Source: Candidatus Limnocylindrales bacterium
Lineage (GTDB): Bacteria > Moduliflexota > Moduliflexia > Moduliflexales > JAUQPW01
Assembly: GCA_035559535.1 (NCBI GenBank)
Contig: DATMBG010000003.1
Coordinates: 1-64,000 of the forward strand
DNA length: 64,000 bases
Direction: 5' to 3'
The position numbers and the translations under genes are program-made. This document shows positions 1 to 10,467 of this stretch, one piece after another (positions within the stretch are counted from its first letter, which is position 1; the number at the start of each line of letters is the position of its first letter). The notes beneath the pieces are model-generated. The model did not search any database. It was given only the letters and a program-made list of their open reading frames with translations, and was not told the DNA's origin.

Positions 1-150
1 GCCCTCCCGCCCCTACACAGGAGAGGGGGATAGGGGGTGAGGGGAGAGTTGAGACCCAGGCCAGCACCCTTTCCTGGGTCGGGAAGGGGGTAAAGGGGTT
101 GGTGAGAAAAAACCCACCCTTGAAAGCCTCTGAGGGAGGGGTGGAGGAAA
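1..150. repeat. GC-rich REP-like palindromic repeat cluster (CCCCTAC / GGAGAGGGGG type), partial
   Basis: C-rich/G-rich arms (gcccctacacaggagaggggga; cccttcctgggtcgggaagggggt). Similar tracts at 33849-33940, 45150-45204, 52990-53105 and 61735-61850. Confidence 0.55.
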
Positions 151-223
151 TCCTTTATACTACCTTCCCATACGGACCTGGTATAGAATAAACTTTGTCT
201 CCTCTGGAGTCGAATCCCTATCC

Positions 224-1804
224 TTAACCTGCTGCCCTGGTTACCTGAATGATGGCTTCTTCAGCGGCAGCAATTTGGGCACCTTGAATTTCGTCTACCT
301 GCCTTAACAGATAAATACCTATCAAGAAGAAAACCGAGATGGAAATGACACTTACCCGGGGGTTGTGGGTTAATTCCCCAACGATACTATAGAGTAAAGG
401 TCCTAAAATCCCGGCAAATTTCTCACTCAAACTGTACAGTCCAAAAAACTCTCCGGATTTGGCACGCGGAGACAGACGGGTGTAGATGGTTCGACTAAGG
501 GCCTGAATACCACCCTGCAAGGTACCTACCAGCCAGCCCAGCATAAAGAATTCGGCCGGGTTGTGAAGAAAAAACCCCCAAACCGGGATAAGGATATAGA
601 GGGTCAGTCCCAGGATAACAGCTCGTTTTGTATCCAGTTGGTGGGTAAAGCCTGCCAGTAGATGGCGCCCGACCAAAACAGAAAATAATGCCCCCAGGGC
701 TTGATTACCTATCATGAGTGCAAAGGTGAAAGGAAGGGAGACAGGATCTTTTCTATTTACATAAATGCCCATGAGGGGGAAGGTAATACCTGTCCAAATC
801 AGCATTGAAACGAAAGTACTCCTCCATTTACTGGCTGGATCGGGAATGCGCCCATACATCAGCGCATAGGGAAAGGCCACAAATTGCGTAAGTAGTAGGG
901 TACTAATAAGAATGGTGGTGTCAAGTCCCAGGGCTGCACCATACGCGGTTGCTAAGAGGATAATCGCACCAATCCCTTCCATATAGAACCAGAATGCGAT
1001 CAGCATCTTGAATAGCTCACGATAATGTCGGATGTCCCGCAAAGTATGGGAGAGCCGAATCAGGGTATCGTGGAAAGGATAACCCTTATTACTGGAGATT
1101 AAAGGTGTAGCCGGCGGCTCAGGTACCCCGCGCAGGATGGGAATCATAAATATCATCCACCAAATACCTACCGATAGAAATGCCAGACGTATGGCTAATC
1201 CCTGGCTGATTCCCCAATGATCTGAAAACAAGAAAAGCACCGTGCAGAGGGCCAGGGATGTACCACCACCCATATACCCCATGGCATATCCCAAACTAGA
1301 GGCTCGATTCATGTCATCCGGGTGCGCTATATGGGGAAGTAAACTACTATTTAAACCCAATGCAATGTTTAAGGCGACCTGCGTGGTAAAGTACAATATC
1401 AACCCTAAGTACCACAAATTCGCGGTTATTGTAAACATCGCAGATGCTAACACGCCGCCCACCAGGGTAATTATAATCAAAAGCCGCTTCCGTTGTCCGG
1501 TGATGTCGGCATAGGTACCTGCCAGGGGAGCAAGGAGGGCGGCTACCAGGAGGGAAACCGATACGGTAAAGGCATAAAGGTTAGAAGCAGTACTTCGAGC
1601 TATGGCCTTAGCCGTTTCTTCCTTCACAGTCGGATCTGTGACCATAAAAGCTGGAGCGGCAATGGTAACAAAATAGGGTGGAAAAAAAGTCGAAGCAATG
1701 GTGGTAATATAGGCATGATCAGCCCAATCATACCATGACCAGGCAAGCACACGCCATCGGTAGAAGGAATCAAGCTGCAGATTCGACCTATCTGGAATAG
1801 ACAT
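224..1804 (-). CDS. MFS transporter, ATG22/UMF1 (BtlA/YxiO-like) family
   Basis: N-terminal AWSWYDWA motif, GTYADITGQRKR loop, SSLGYAMGYMGG, QALSRT..SGEFFGLY..KFAGILGP; 12+ hydrophobic helices. Confidence 0.9.
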   Translation of the reverse strand: MSIPDRSNLQLDSFYRWRVLAWSWYDWADHAYITTIASTFFPPYFVTIAAPAFMVTDPTVKEETAKAIARSTASNLYAFTVSVSLLVAALLAPLAGTYADITGQRKRLLIIITLVGGVLASAMFTITANLWYLGLILYFTTQVALNIALGLNSSLLPHIAHPDDMNRASSLGYAMGYMGGGTSLALCTVLFLFSDHWGISQGLAIRLAFLSVGIWWMIFMIPILRGVPEPPATPLISSNKGYPFHDTLIRLSHTLRDIRHYRELFKMLIAFWFYMEGIGAIILLATAYGAALGLDTTILISTLLLTQFVAFPYALMYGRIPDPASKWRSTFVSMLIWTGITFPLMGIYVNRKDPVSLPFTFALMIGNQALGALFSVLVGRHLLAGFTHQLDTKRAVILGLTLYILIPVWGFFLHNPAEFFMLGWLVGTLQGGIQALSRTIYTRLSPRAKSGEFFGLYSLSEKFAGILGPLLYSIVGELTHNPRVSVISISVFFLIGIYLLRQVDEIQGAQIAAAEEAIIQVTRAAG

Positions 1805-2238
1805 CGTTATAACCTTACCTTCTTTACTTTATAAAATATAAGACTTCTCAACTCTCCAAAAGGTTCCCTGAAGAACTCCTAAAAAAGAGATATTCTGCTT
1901 TTTCAAGTTAAACAGGTCCTGACCAGTGGCTATGAAAGCGAAGCCATCTCGTACGATGAGGGAGGTGGTTTTGTCCTCTTCGCTCTGTTTCAGGCTTTGG
2001 TCCCCATTGCCGGGAGTAAGGATAAGCCCAAGGTTCGCCTGAAAAGATCCTTCTTCCTGCTTCGGCTCCGGTAAAAAAATTTTATAAAATTATTCATTTT
2101 TTTCTTGACTTTTGTTAATTCATAACCCACTAATTAACTAACGTTAGTAAAAATCCCTGGACTATTCTTCGGATTCTTAATGTAAACAGAGGTCCTCAGG
2201 GAAGGGTTGAATGCCTATCCAGACAGGAGGTTTTCTCC

Positions 2239-3978
2239 ATGAAACCTAAAACAAACAAGAATCAGAAAACAGTTTTCTCCACGGCTACGTTAAAATCTAA
2301 AAAAGAAATAAAGGCCTCTTCAAAGGTCTCACAGGGGGTAAAGCCGGAGAAATCCGACTCCCGTAAAGAGGTCAGGCCCATGGCCCGATCTGCTTCCGGA
2401 TCGTCTTCCCATAAAACTTCCCCGTCGATTAAAACTCCCCAGGGGGAGGCCGGGAAGAAAGTTGTTAAAAAGCGTGAGGCCGTTTCTGGATTGAATCTTC
2501 CCAAAGGAGTTTTAAGGGTTTATGATGCCCTTCAATATCCATCTAACCATCCCCATGCCTTTATAGATGCAAACGGACGGGCCGTTCGTGCAACCACGAT
2601 TCCCGGGTTTTTGATTTTCGGTCAGTACGAAAAGAACTTTCCCGTCCAGGATTTAGCGGCTGTATTCAGTGTCACGGTGGATAACAACACCTTTGATGAT
2701 GCCTATGTCTGCAGCTTAGATGTAACCCAGGATGCCAGTCGGGTCATCGCCAAACGGGTTATGACCCGAAAAGATTTTGCCGAAGCCCAGAAGCATATCC
2801 GTTTGGTCCTTCCCTTTCGACCTCCTTCAACCGAATCTCAACTGGAATTTCGGTTGCTTTATATGGGTTATACCTATATGGCCATCAAACTGATCTGTAT
2901 CATTGACCCGGCCATTATTACCGATGTAAATAGGGATCTTCCCTCCGATGAGGAACTCCTGAAGATGGTTCGTCCCTCTACCCGGAGCACCTATATTTAC
3001 GATCTTAAGACCCAGGGGACTTCACTTTATAATGGTTCACAAAAATTAACGGTGACCGGTTGGTCTACGTATATGTGGACCAACATGCAAATCCATCCCT
3101 GGAATCCCTGTAAAGGAAAAAGTTGTCAGGAGTTCGCCGATTTACTGGTCCAATATAATGCCAATCTTACCCGGACCTTTTGTATCGATACCTGGACCAG
3201 TTCTCTTTTTCCCTGGAAAAGGGTAGGGAGTAAATTTGATCTCAATCAGTTTGATTCAACTTACATGGACAATCTCAGGAACCTGATAAGTACCTTTGGT
3301 AGCCGTGGAATTATCGTTCAACTGGATCTGTTTGATAATGTAGCCCTCTACGATTTTGGGGATGGAATGACCTGGACAAAGCATCCCTGGCATCCCAACA
3401 ATGCCTTGAAAGCACCTATTTCGAATCCTAAAGATGGGCGACCCGAATTTTACAATCCGAATCTGACGGTCAAAACCCTCCAAGAGAAGTACCTGCGATA
3501 TATGGTCAATTCCCTTCGGGACCTGAAAAATATTATCTTTGAGGTTTGCAATGAGTATAACGGATGGGGTGGGGCCAGCTGGCATAATTGGGTTGTGGAC
3601 GTAATCAAGTCTGAAAATCCTTCGGTTCTTGTATCGGCCAGCACCGATGTGAATGTTCCGGTCTCAGATCAGATCTTCAGGTATTCCGGGGTAGACATCA
3701 CGACCAGTCATGCCAACGAATGGACCACGGGAGATTTCAAAATCCTCAATCAGAGTGCCCTGGACCGACTAAAGGCTTATGGTAAGCCTGCTATTTTATC
3801 TACCGATGGATGTAAAGAGAATTACGATGCTCAAAAAAATTCCATGTTTAATGTGGCCAACGCGGTCATTTCCCAGGGGTTTGGAATTGAATTTAAAGAT
3901 TTGTATGAGCCTTTAGCCAACATGCTGAAGCCTCTGGCAATCCCCATTCAACCGGTTACCCTGAGTCTTTTCGTTTAA
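2239..3978 (+). CDS. Putative clan GH-A (GH5-like) TIM-barrel protein with Lys/Ser-rich N-terminus and a middle beta-rich domain
   Basis: AGGAGG RBS upstream; KFDLNQFD, GIIVQLDLFD, QEKYLRYMV and NIIFEVCNE (acid/base NE) motifs; no signal peptide. Confidence 0.6.
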   Translation: MKPKTNKNQKTVFSTATLKSKKEIKASSKVSQGVKPEKSDSRKEVRPMARSASGSSSHKTSPSIKTPQGEAGKKVVKKREAVSGLNLPKGVLRVYDALQYPSNHPHAFIDANGRAVRATTIPGFLIFGQYEKNFPVQDLAAVFSVTVDNNTFDDAYVCSLDVTQDASRVIAKRVMTRKDFAEAQKHIRLVLPFRPPSTESQLEFRLLYMGYTYMAIKLICIIDPAIITDVNRDLPSDEELLKMVRPSTRSTYIYDLKTQGTSLYNGSQKLTVTGWSTYMWTNMQIHPWNPCKGKSCQEFADLLVQYNANLTRTFCIDTWTSSLFPWKRVGSKFDLNQFDSTYMDNLRNLISTFGSRGIIVQLDLFDNVALYDFGDGMTWTKHPWHPNNALKAPISNPKDGRPEFYNPNLTVKTLQEKYLRYMVNSLRDLKNIIFEVCNEYNGWGGASWHNWVVDVIKSENPSVLVSASTDVNVPVSDQIFRYSGVDITTSHANEWTTGDFKILNQSALDRLKAYGKPAILSTDGCKENYDAQKNSMFNVANAVISQGFGIEFKDLYEPLANMLKPLAIPIQPVTLSLFV

Positions 3979-4044
3979 TCTTTTAACCGGACTGAAGGAT
4001 ACGGGCAGGCCAGGGGTGAAAAGTTACAGTCTCTTGGCCGCTAT

Positions 4045-5094
4045 TTACGGCTCATTGTCCACCGCCCACTGCCCATCGCCTGTTATGAGTTTTTCGTCGA
4101 CTATGATTTTAAAAATTTGCTCTGCAATGAGGGCATGGGCTTCTTTATTGGGGTGGGCATCGAAGGGTGTAGCCCAATAACGCTTGGCTTTCCCGCTTTT
4201 TAAAGTATCCCGGAAAAAGGGATACATATCCAGGAAAAAAGCTCCCTGATGCAAGCAGGTGGTTTGGACAATGCGCCGGGCTTGAGCGAATCGCTCTTCT
4301 TCCCGAGGGTCCGGGCTAAAAATAGGAAATAAAACGACCAATACCTGACCATTTTGTTGTTTAACCAACTGGATCATTTGAGCCAGAGCTTTTTTGACAT
4401 CGTGTAAATAGGGATTGGTCTCTTCTGAATAGAGGGATGCTAAATAACCATCGCGGTCTAGATCCCTTCCTTTGATTCCCCAGAAATAGAGAAAGTAAAC
4501 GTAGCGATAAAATTCAGAGATTTCCCTCAATTTCTTAGAGTAATCAGGCTCCGTCGCCACCAGTGCCTGAACCTTTTTCTTATAAAGATGTTCCGACAGG
4601 GGATGCTCCGCATCGTTTAAGACATATCCCACGATCACAAGATCAGGATGATAGAGAAGACCTTTCTTCTGGAGTAGACGCAATTCTTCCACCGTACCAT
4701 AGCCGGGTACTCCCAGGTTGATGACCTCATAGCGTCTCGAAGGATACTGCTCGTTCAATATGCGTTCTAATCGGGTCAAATAAATATCCTCAAAATTCAC
4801 CCGAACCCCGAAAGTATAGGAATCTCCTATTCCCAGGATTCGAAAGGTTCCGGGTGGCTTTTCCTCAGTATGTTCATAATCTCGAAACCCTTTGGAGTTG
4901 AGTTGAACATGCTGGTTGTACCAGTCTCGATCCGAGTAAGGTTCCACCCGGGCAATTCCCAGAAGTCGGAAGATGCCTTCTACGCTTAGAAGAAAGACTA
5001 CAATACTACCCAGCAAGAGTAACATATTCTGGACAGGTCTTTTGAGAGAAAAGAGAAAAGATTTCATAAAAAAAGTATCCTCGACCATCCGCAT
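4045..5094 (-). CDS. Membrane-anchored SGNH/GDSL family hydrolase/transferase
   Basis: N-terminal TM helix ending E..FR; NSKGFRD; GDSYTFG, NLGVPGY, VLND, DAHP catalytic blocks. Confidence 0.9.
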   Translation of the reverse strand: MRMVEDTFFMKSFLFSLKRPVQNMLLLLGSIVVFLLSVEGIFRLLGIARVEPYSDRDWYNQHVQLNSKGFRDYEHTEEKPPGTFRILGIGDSYTFGVRVNFEDIYLTRLERILNEQYPSRRYEVINLGVPGYGTVEELRLLQKKGLLYHPDLVIVGYVLNDAEHPLSEHLYKKKVQALVATEPDYSKKLREISEFYRYVYFLYFWGIKGRDLDRDGYLASLYSEETNPYLHDVKKALAQMIQLVKQQNGQVLVVLFPIFSPDPREEERFAQARRIVQTTCLHQGAFFLDMYPFFRDTLKSGKAKRYWATPFDAHPNKEAHALIAEQIFKIIVDEKLITGDGQWAVDNEP

Positions 5095-5346
5095 TCAGGA
5101 AAGTACAGGAACAAGTAAAGAAAAGAATAGGATCCTTCCCGGAAAGTGTCAATGAAAAAAATAAATTTTACCTAAAATTTTTCTTTTTAAAATTTTTTTA
5201 TATTTCTTTAAGTTGCCTTATTATAAGGTCTTATACAAAATAAGATTGTTTCAGGTTTTAGAATTCTTCCTGAAATGATCTCTAAAGAGGAAGGCTTTTG
5301 AAAGGAAAGGGTAGACCGAAATTATCTGAAAGGAACCAGAAGGCGG

Positions 5347-7899
5347 CTAGTTATTTTCAACCTCGACGGCCAGAAGGGCTTTGAGACCCACTAAATAAAT
5401 CATACCGGCCAGCATCAGCACGAATTTAAAGCCCAATAAGAGGGCAAGAATTACACACAGGACGGAACCGATAACCGTCGAATAACCGTTAATCCCCCAA
5501 ACCCAGGGAATCAGTTTCGGAGCTACCTGATCTACCAACCGGATTCCCAGTGGAAATGGCATTCCCATCAACACTCCTAAGGGGGCAATCAATACCATCG
5601 AAATCAGAATTCGAATACTCAAAGACTGCCCAAGAAAAGTACTGAAAATCAGCGGGGTGAACAGAAGCTCAAGAAGGACCCCTACACTCAGACCCAGGAT
5701 AATAAAAACCATAGCCTGACGGAGGTTTGTAACAAATTTTTTGGAAAGATAACTCCCGGTCCCTGCAGAAGCAAGAATAGAGAACAACACCACTGTGATG
5801 GAATAAGCAGGATAACCGATAAACAAGGTAAACTTCTGAATCAGGCTTATTTCTATCAGAATAAAACCTAAACCCAATGAAAAAAAGTAGATAAGAAACT
5901 TACCCTTGTCTTTGGTTCTAAGTCCAGTTCTATGGAACAAATAAAGAGGTAAAATAATAAAAACCGTAGATAAACCGGCTGCTTCAGCCAGAATGACCAA
6001 AAGTATCTTATCGGAATCGATATAATTTCCAGACGGACGGATATCCTCGAACTGGGGAGGAATATTTTCCAGCGACTTAAAGAAAGCAAACCTCTTAAAG
6101 TGATTAAAAAAAGGCCTGTCATCCGTTGAAGGGGAGAGGTTAAAACCCAGATCCCAATAGTCTTGCCATCCCTTTTCCCTGGATAGAACGTGATAATAAA
6201 TATTCTCCTCATTTTTAGTTTCAGGGCTGTAGAGGAAGCGATAGGTGGGTAAGTTTGAGAGATACCAGCGGAATACTTCCAGCTCCTCGGAGGTAATAGG
6301 GCTTTTCTTCAGGTAGAAACCCTGGCTGATGGGAGCCCCTTCATAAAGGACGACCACATAATCCTCCGGATTTTGGATACCCCTTTCTCGAAGAGCCTGG
6401 GCAGCCACTGCAGCCAATCGGATCGTACCGTGACGACGGATGTAAATCCACCCCTCCTCTTTAAGGTGATCCAGGTATTGGTGGAAGGCTTCCACGGTAA
6501 TCAGATAACTCTCCGAGAGATTTAAAGCCCCTGAAGCAATGGCGATGGGAGAAGCATTATTCACCTGTTGGACGATATCGAACTTCTCCTTGCTCCGACT
6601 GACATAACTCCTTCCTTCATCGTTAATAAGGGTTACCTGGGGCAGGTTAAAGATACCCCCGATGAATTGTTTATATTCATTTTGCACGATATGGGTGATA
6701 ATAGGATCCAATTCTACGCCGATAATAGAATGGGGAGAATAAGAAAGGGCCTGTAATACCTCAACGCCTCCGGCAGGTCCCACGATAAGAATATCAAAGT
6801 TTTTCTTAAGGCGGTAAACCACCGGGGCCCATATGGAGGGGGGAGGTAAAGGAGCACCCATACGGAAAGGAGCCATGAAAGCCGTGTTGGCCCCCCCGTT
6901 AATCCATATAATTTTGTAGGGAGACATATCGGCCACATCTATCCGGGATACGGCACTCCATCGGGTAAATTCAATTCTACCGGCCTCTACATCGAATTTG
7001 AAGGTTCTTTTACCTTCATGGATTTGAATTTTAAAATAAGTATCCGCCCGAAGAAGGGCGATCCCGCCAATCATCAAGAAAAAAAGGCAGACATAAAAAA
7101 ACCTTGGATGAGTATAAAAACTGAAAAAAATAGCACTTACAAAACCCATGATGGCGGCAAAAATAGCCGTCCCAGATCCTCCCAGTTTCGGGATCAGGAG
7201 TACAATTATAAAACATCCTAAACCGGCTCCCAACAGATCATAAAAATACAGGGCATTGACCTGTTTAGGTAGGCTGGAAAGGAGTAAAGCCATGACCATG
7301 CCTGAGAAAAAGAAAGGAATTCCCAGAGCCACATAATAAACCGTTAAGTAGAAAAACTGAATCGGTTCATTGAAAAGAGCGCCGAATTTTAAAGGAACGG
7401 TAACGATGATTTTTAAGGTCAAGAGGGTACTTATTCCAAATGCTAAGGATAAGCCGGTCAGGGATTTACCCAGATGGCGGGTGTAGACAAAGGGAAAGAT
7501 AGATAAAAATACTCCGCTGAGGCCAAAGCCAAACAGAGCGGTACTGATAATCAGAAAGGCAAAGTGATTAAAAAAAAGCACCGTAAAGATGCGCGTCATG
7601 GTAATTTCCAGCAGAAGGGTCGCCGCCGAAAGGATCCCTATTCCCGCGTAATAATTAAACGGCCGGTTAGAGACTATTTTCTGAAGTCCTGGGAAAGAAA
7701 AATGGGTGATAATCTGTTTGAGGAGCCACAGCCCGGTAATTATCAAAAGAGGTCTGTCGTAGTGGGACAACTTAAGCTTAAACCAGGCAAATTTAAAATT
7801 GATAGGACCGATAAAACAGAGGATCAGTAAGCCCAGGAATTCGAGAATAATAAGGACGTTAATAAGTTTCAAAAAAATTGTACGGGAAAAAAGTTTCAT
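5347..7899 (-). CDS. Large polytopic membrane protein with central spermidine-synthase-like SAM/dcSAM-binding domain
   Basis: TM bundles on both sides of LIVGPAGGVEV / GVELDP / DEGRSY / FDIV motifs; STDDRPFF, FILIEI and GMPFPLG are typical of this family. Confidence 0.8.
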   Translation of the reverse strand: MKLFSRTIFLKLINVLIILEFLGLLILCFIGPINFKFAWFKLKLSHYDRPLLIITGLWLLKQIITHFSFPGLQKIVSNRPFNYYAGIGILSAATLLLEITMTRIFTVLFFNHFAFLIISTALFGFGLSGVFLSIFPFVYTRHLGKSLTGLSLAFGISTLLTLKIIVTVPLKFGALFNEPIQFFYLTVYYVALGIPFFFSGMVMALLLSSLPKQVNALYFYDLLGAGLGCFIIVLLIPKLGGSGTAIFAAIMGFVSAIFFSFYTHPRFFYVCLFFLMIGGIALLRADTYFKIQIHEGKRTFKFDVEAGRIEFTRWSAVSRIDVADMSPYKIIWINGGANTAFMAPFRMGAPLPPPSIWAPVVYRLKKNFDILIVGPAGGVEVLQALSYSPHSIIGVELDPIITHIVQNEYKQFIGGIFNLPQVTLINDEGRSYVSRSKEKFDIVQQVNNASPIAIASGALNLSESYLITVEAFHQYLDHLKEEGWIYIRRHGTIRLAAVAAQALRERGIQNPEDYVVVLYEGAPISQGFYLKKSPITSEELEVFRWYLSNLPTYRFLYSPETKNEENIYYHVLSREKGWQDYWDLGFNLSPSTDDRPFFNHFKRFAFFKSLENIPPQFEDIRPSGNYIDSDKILLVILAEAAGLSTVFIILPLYLFHRTGLRTKDKGKFLIYFFSLGLGFILIEISLIQKFTLFIGYPAYSITVVLFSILASAGTGSYLSKKFVTNLRQAMVFIILGLSVGVLLELLFTPLIFSTFLGQSLSIRILISMVLIAPLGVLMGMPFPLGIRLVDQVAPKLIPWVWGINGYSTVIGSVLCVILALLLGFKFVLMLAGMIYLVGLKALLAVEVENN

Positions 7900-7964
7900 T
7901 TCTCCTCTCTACCTTTTGAGCCGTTTATTTTCTGTTAAAGTTATTGGCTCCGGAGTTTCCGGCC

Positions 7965-10355
7965 TTACTTTTCGGAAATATCCAGGGGAACCAGTTTATG
8001 TTCTATCAGAAAATGATAGAGGGCTTCGGCGTCGATTTTATGGGCAACAGCATTGGGATGATGATCTTGACTGGAGACCCAAAAGAGCCCAGGGAGTTGA
8101 TCCAGATGTGTTTTAGCATATTCCACATAATAGGGATAGGTATTTAAAAAGAAAAAGCCGTTTTCCTGACTTAAACGGGTAATTAAGTTTAATTGAAGTT
8201 CTTTAAAAGAATTAGGCCGGTAAAGGGGATCTTCCGGCAAACCGGGATAAGAAATCACGGCAAACTGAACCACCGGAATTTTATGAGCTCTGGCCACCTC
8301 TCCTAATTTGTTCATAGCCCTTATATATCCTTTGGTACCGACCATAGATCGATATTCTTCGGGTAAAGCCGGATCCTCATCCAGATGGTCTGCTTCCTCC
8401 CGGGAAAGGGTTCTCCCTTCATAGACAAAGGGAAGAAGTTCTTTTTCTGGATTCCCCCGCAAAATCTGATATCGGGAATAGATAAAGTCGAACAGGTAAG
8501 ATTTTCTTAGCCTGGAGTAATCCTCGGGGAGCTTCATGAAGTTTGGAATATCATAATCATTAGTATTGAAATTCATGAGGACCAGATCCGGGGAATATTT
8601 TAAGCATTTTTGGATAAACACTTCCACTTCCATAGCCGTATTGTAGCCCGGAACGGAAAAGTTAATGACCTCATACCGGACGGAAGAAGAATTTTGATTC
8701 AGGTATCGCTCCAGGACCTTCAAGGAAGTATCTTCAAGTTTTACTCCCCAGCCGAAGAGGGAAGAATCCCCGAGTCCCACGATTCTGAAAGTATTCTCCT
8801 TTTTTTGCTCACTATATTCGAAATCCCTCAATCCTTGTGAGTTGGTAGTCAGGGGGACTTGCATGAAGTAACCCGATAGCAAAGGCTTTAATTCGTAAAT
8901 GATACCTTCATAGGGACTGGCCTGGACGATGCCTTTCAAGTTATAGGTCTGGGAATTAGTATTAAAATCAGCTTCTTTGGACTCCTTCAGGCGCAGTTGG
9001 AGGTCCTTTCTATTTTCCCGAAGATATAAAATCAATCGAATGGTTCCTTCCGCTACGAGGACAAAAACTAGAATCGCCGCCAGGGAAAGGGAAATGTTCT
9101 GGACATACCTTTTTAAAACCTGAGCCTTCCTTCCCCTCTCCCTGACGACTTCCCTGTGTATCACGACCCCGAGAAAACACAACCAGGCCAGGGCATAGAG
9201 ACCCTTTAAATTTCGGACCAAAAATTCTATTCCTTCGGGTAGAGGTCGGGGATAGAGAAGATCCGGAGGGAGGTGGGTTTCCACCCCTTCCTTCCCGGCC
9301 CAGAGTACAAATAATTCATATTCTCCACCACCCTGAAAATAGCCAATTTTAATTTGATGCAGCCCCCGGGTTAGAAAGATTTTTCCTGAGGCTTTCCTGG
9401 CAACGTGATATCCCCCATTCTCTACAACGTGGCTATCATCGATGTAAAGGAAAGAGCCATCATCGGATATGGTGGAAAAGGTATATTCACCTTCCCGATC
9501 TATTTCGATCCATCCCTCCCAGAGGATACTGAAGTTTCGGGAGGGGAGGATTCCCTGTAGAGAATCCATTTTTTCCAGGTTGATGGATTTTTCACGTCTG
9601 GAAAAGACCGGTTGGCCCCTCCATTCTGGGTTATCATAATAACTGGCCGTTAAGCCTCGCGGAGGCCAAAACCAGAAAACGGGAAGAATCAAAATCGGCA
9701 CAAGGGTTAAAACCAGGCGCCCTTTCTCCCCCAGGACTTCCCTGTCTGTAATCATCCAGAGAAGAAAAAACCAGGAGAGGGTATAAAGAACGCCTAAGTG
9801 ACGGAGCAGAAACCCGGCTCCTTGAAAGGGGGGACGAGAATAGAGAATATCCGGGGGAATTTCCATCTCCCTTCCCCCGGGCTCTGTCCAGTGTACCAGC
9901 AGCTTATAGTCTCCCCTTTCCTGAAAATACTTAATATCGATGCGATGAAAGCCTCGATTTAAAGAGATTTTTCCAGAGGCTACTTTGGGCGGATGAACCC
10001 CTCCGTTATCGACTACCAGAGTATTATCAATAAAAATAAAAGAGCCATCATCGGATCGTGTAGAAAAGGTATACTCTCCTTCCCGATCTATCCGGATCCA
10101 TCCAGTCCAGACGATGCTAAAACCGGTTTGAGGGAAAGTTTCCTGCCTTTGTCGGACTGTAGTTAAGCCGATATGATCCTCACGTTGAGAAAAGATGGGT
10201 TCTCCTTTCCATCCCGAATTGCTATAATAGCAGGCCGTTAAGCCTCGAGGGGGCAGAAACCAGAAAAAAGACAAAATCAGGGTCATGGAAAAGGCCAGGG
10301 CCAGAAGTCCTCGGTTTCTTAGAAGAAAAAAAACTTTTTGGACATTAAAAGGCAT
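7965..10355 (-). CDS. Membrane protein with two PA14 domains and a C-terminal SGNH domain
   Basis: Two copies of GL.A.YY.N..W.G.P / FSI.W.GWI / SDDGS.L.ID / N.G.H; then TM helices, NSQGLRD, GDSSLFG, NFSVPGY, TND and DHHP. Confidence 0.88.
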   Translation of the reverse strand: MPFNVQKVFFLLRNRGLLALAFSMTLILSFFWFLPPRGLTACYYSNSGWKGEPIFSQREDHIGLTTVRQRQETFPQTGFSIVWTGWIRIDREGEYTFSTRSDDGSFIFIDNTLVVDNGGVHPPKVASGKISLNRGFHRIDIKYFQERGDYKLLVHWTEPGGREMEIPPDILYSRPPFQGAGFLLRHLGVLYTLSWFFLLWMITDREVLGEKGRLVLTLVPILILPVFWFWPPRGLTASYYDNPEWRGQPVFSRREKSINLEKMDSLQGILPSRNFSILWEGWIEIDREGEYTFSTISDDGSFLYIDDSHVVENGGYHVARKASGKIFLTRGLHQIKIGYFQGGGEYELFVLWAGKEGVETHLPPDLLYPRPLPEGIEFLVRNLKGLYALAWLCFLGVVIHREVVRERGRKAQVLKRYVQNISLSLAAILVFVLVAEGTIRLILYLRENRKDLQLRLKESKEADFNTNSQTYNLKGIVQASPYEGIIYELKPLLSGYFMQVPLTTNSQGLRDFEYSEQKKENTFRIVGLGDSSLFGWGVKLEDTSLKVLERYLNQNSSSVRYEVINFSVPGYNTAMEVEVFIQKCLKYSPDLVLMNFNTNDYDIPNFMKLPEDYSRLRKSYLFDFIYSRYQILRGNPEKELLPFVYEGRTLSREEADHLDEDPALPEEYRSMVGTKGYIRAMNKLGEVARAHKIPVVQFAVISYPGLPEDPLYRPNSFKELQLNLITRLSQENGFFFLNTYPYYVEYAKTHLDQLPGLFWVSSQDHHPNAVAHKIDAEALYHFLIEHKLVPLDISEK

Positions 10356-10467
10356 AGATTTTCTTCTTTTCCCCCCAATTTTTTAAAGATTCACCCATTT
10401 TTCGGTGACAAGGGTTTTAAAAATTTCTTCGGCAAAGACCCTATGACCTTCCTGGTTCGGATGGAAA

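Noticed and set aside
1921..2000. Possible ncRNA in intergenic hairpins at ~1930-1990 and ~46790-46860
   Set aside because: They look like decayed GCGAAGCAATC-type palindromic repeats; too degenerate to support a call.
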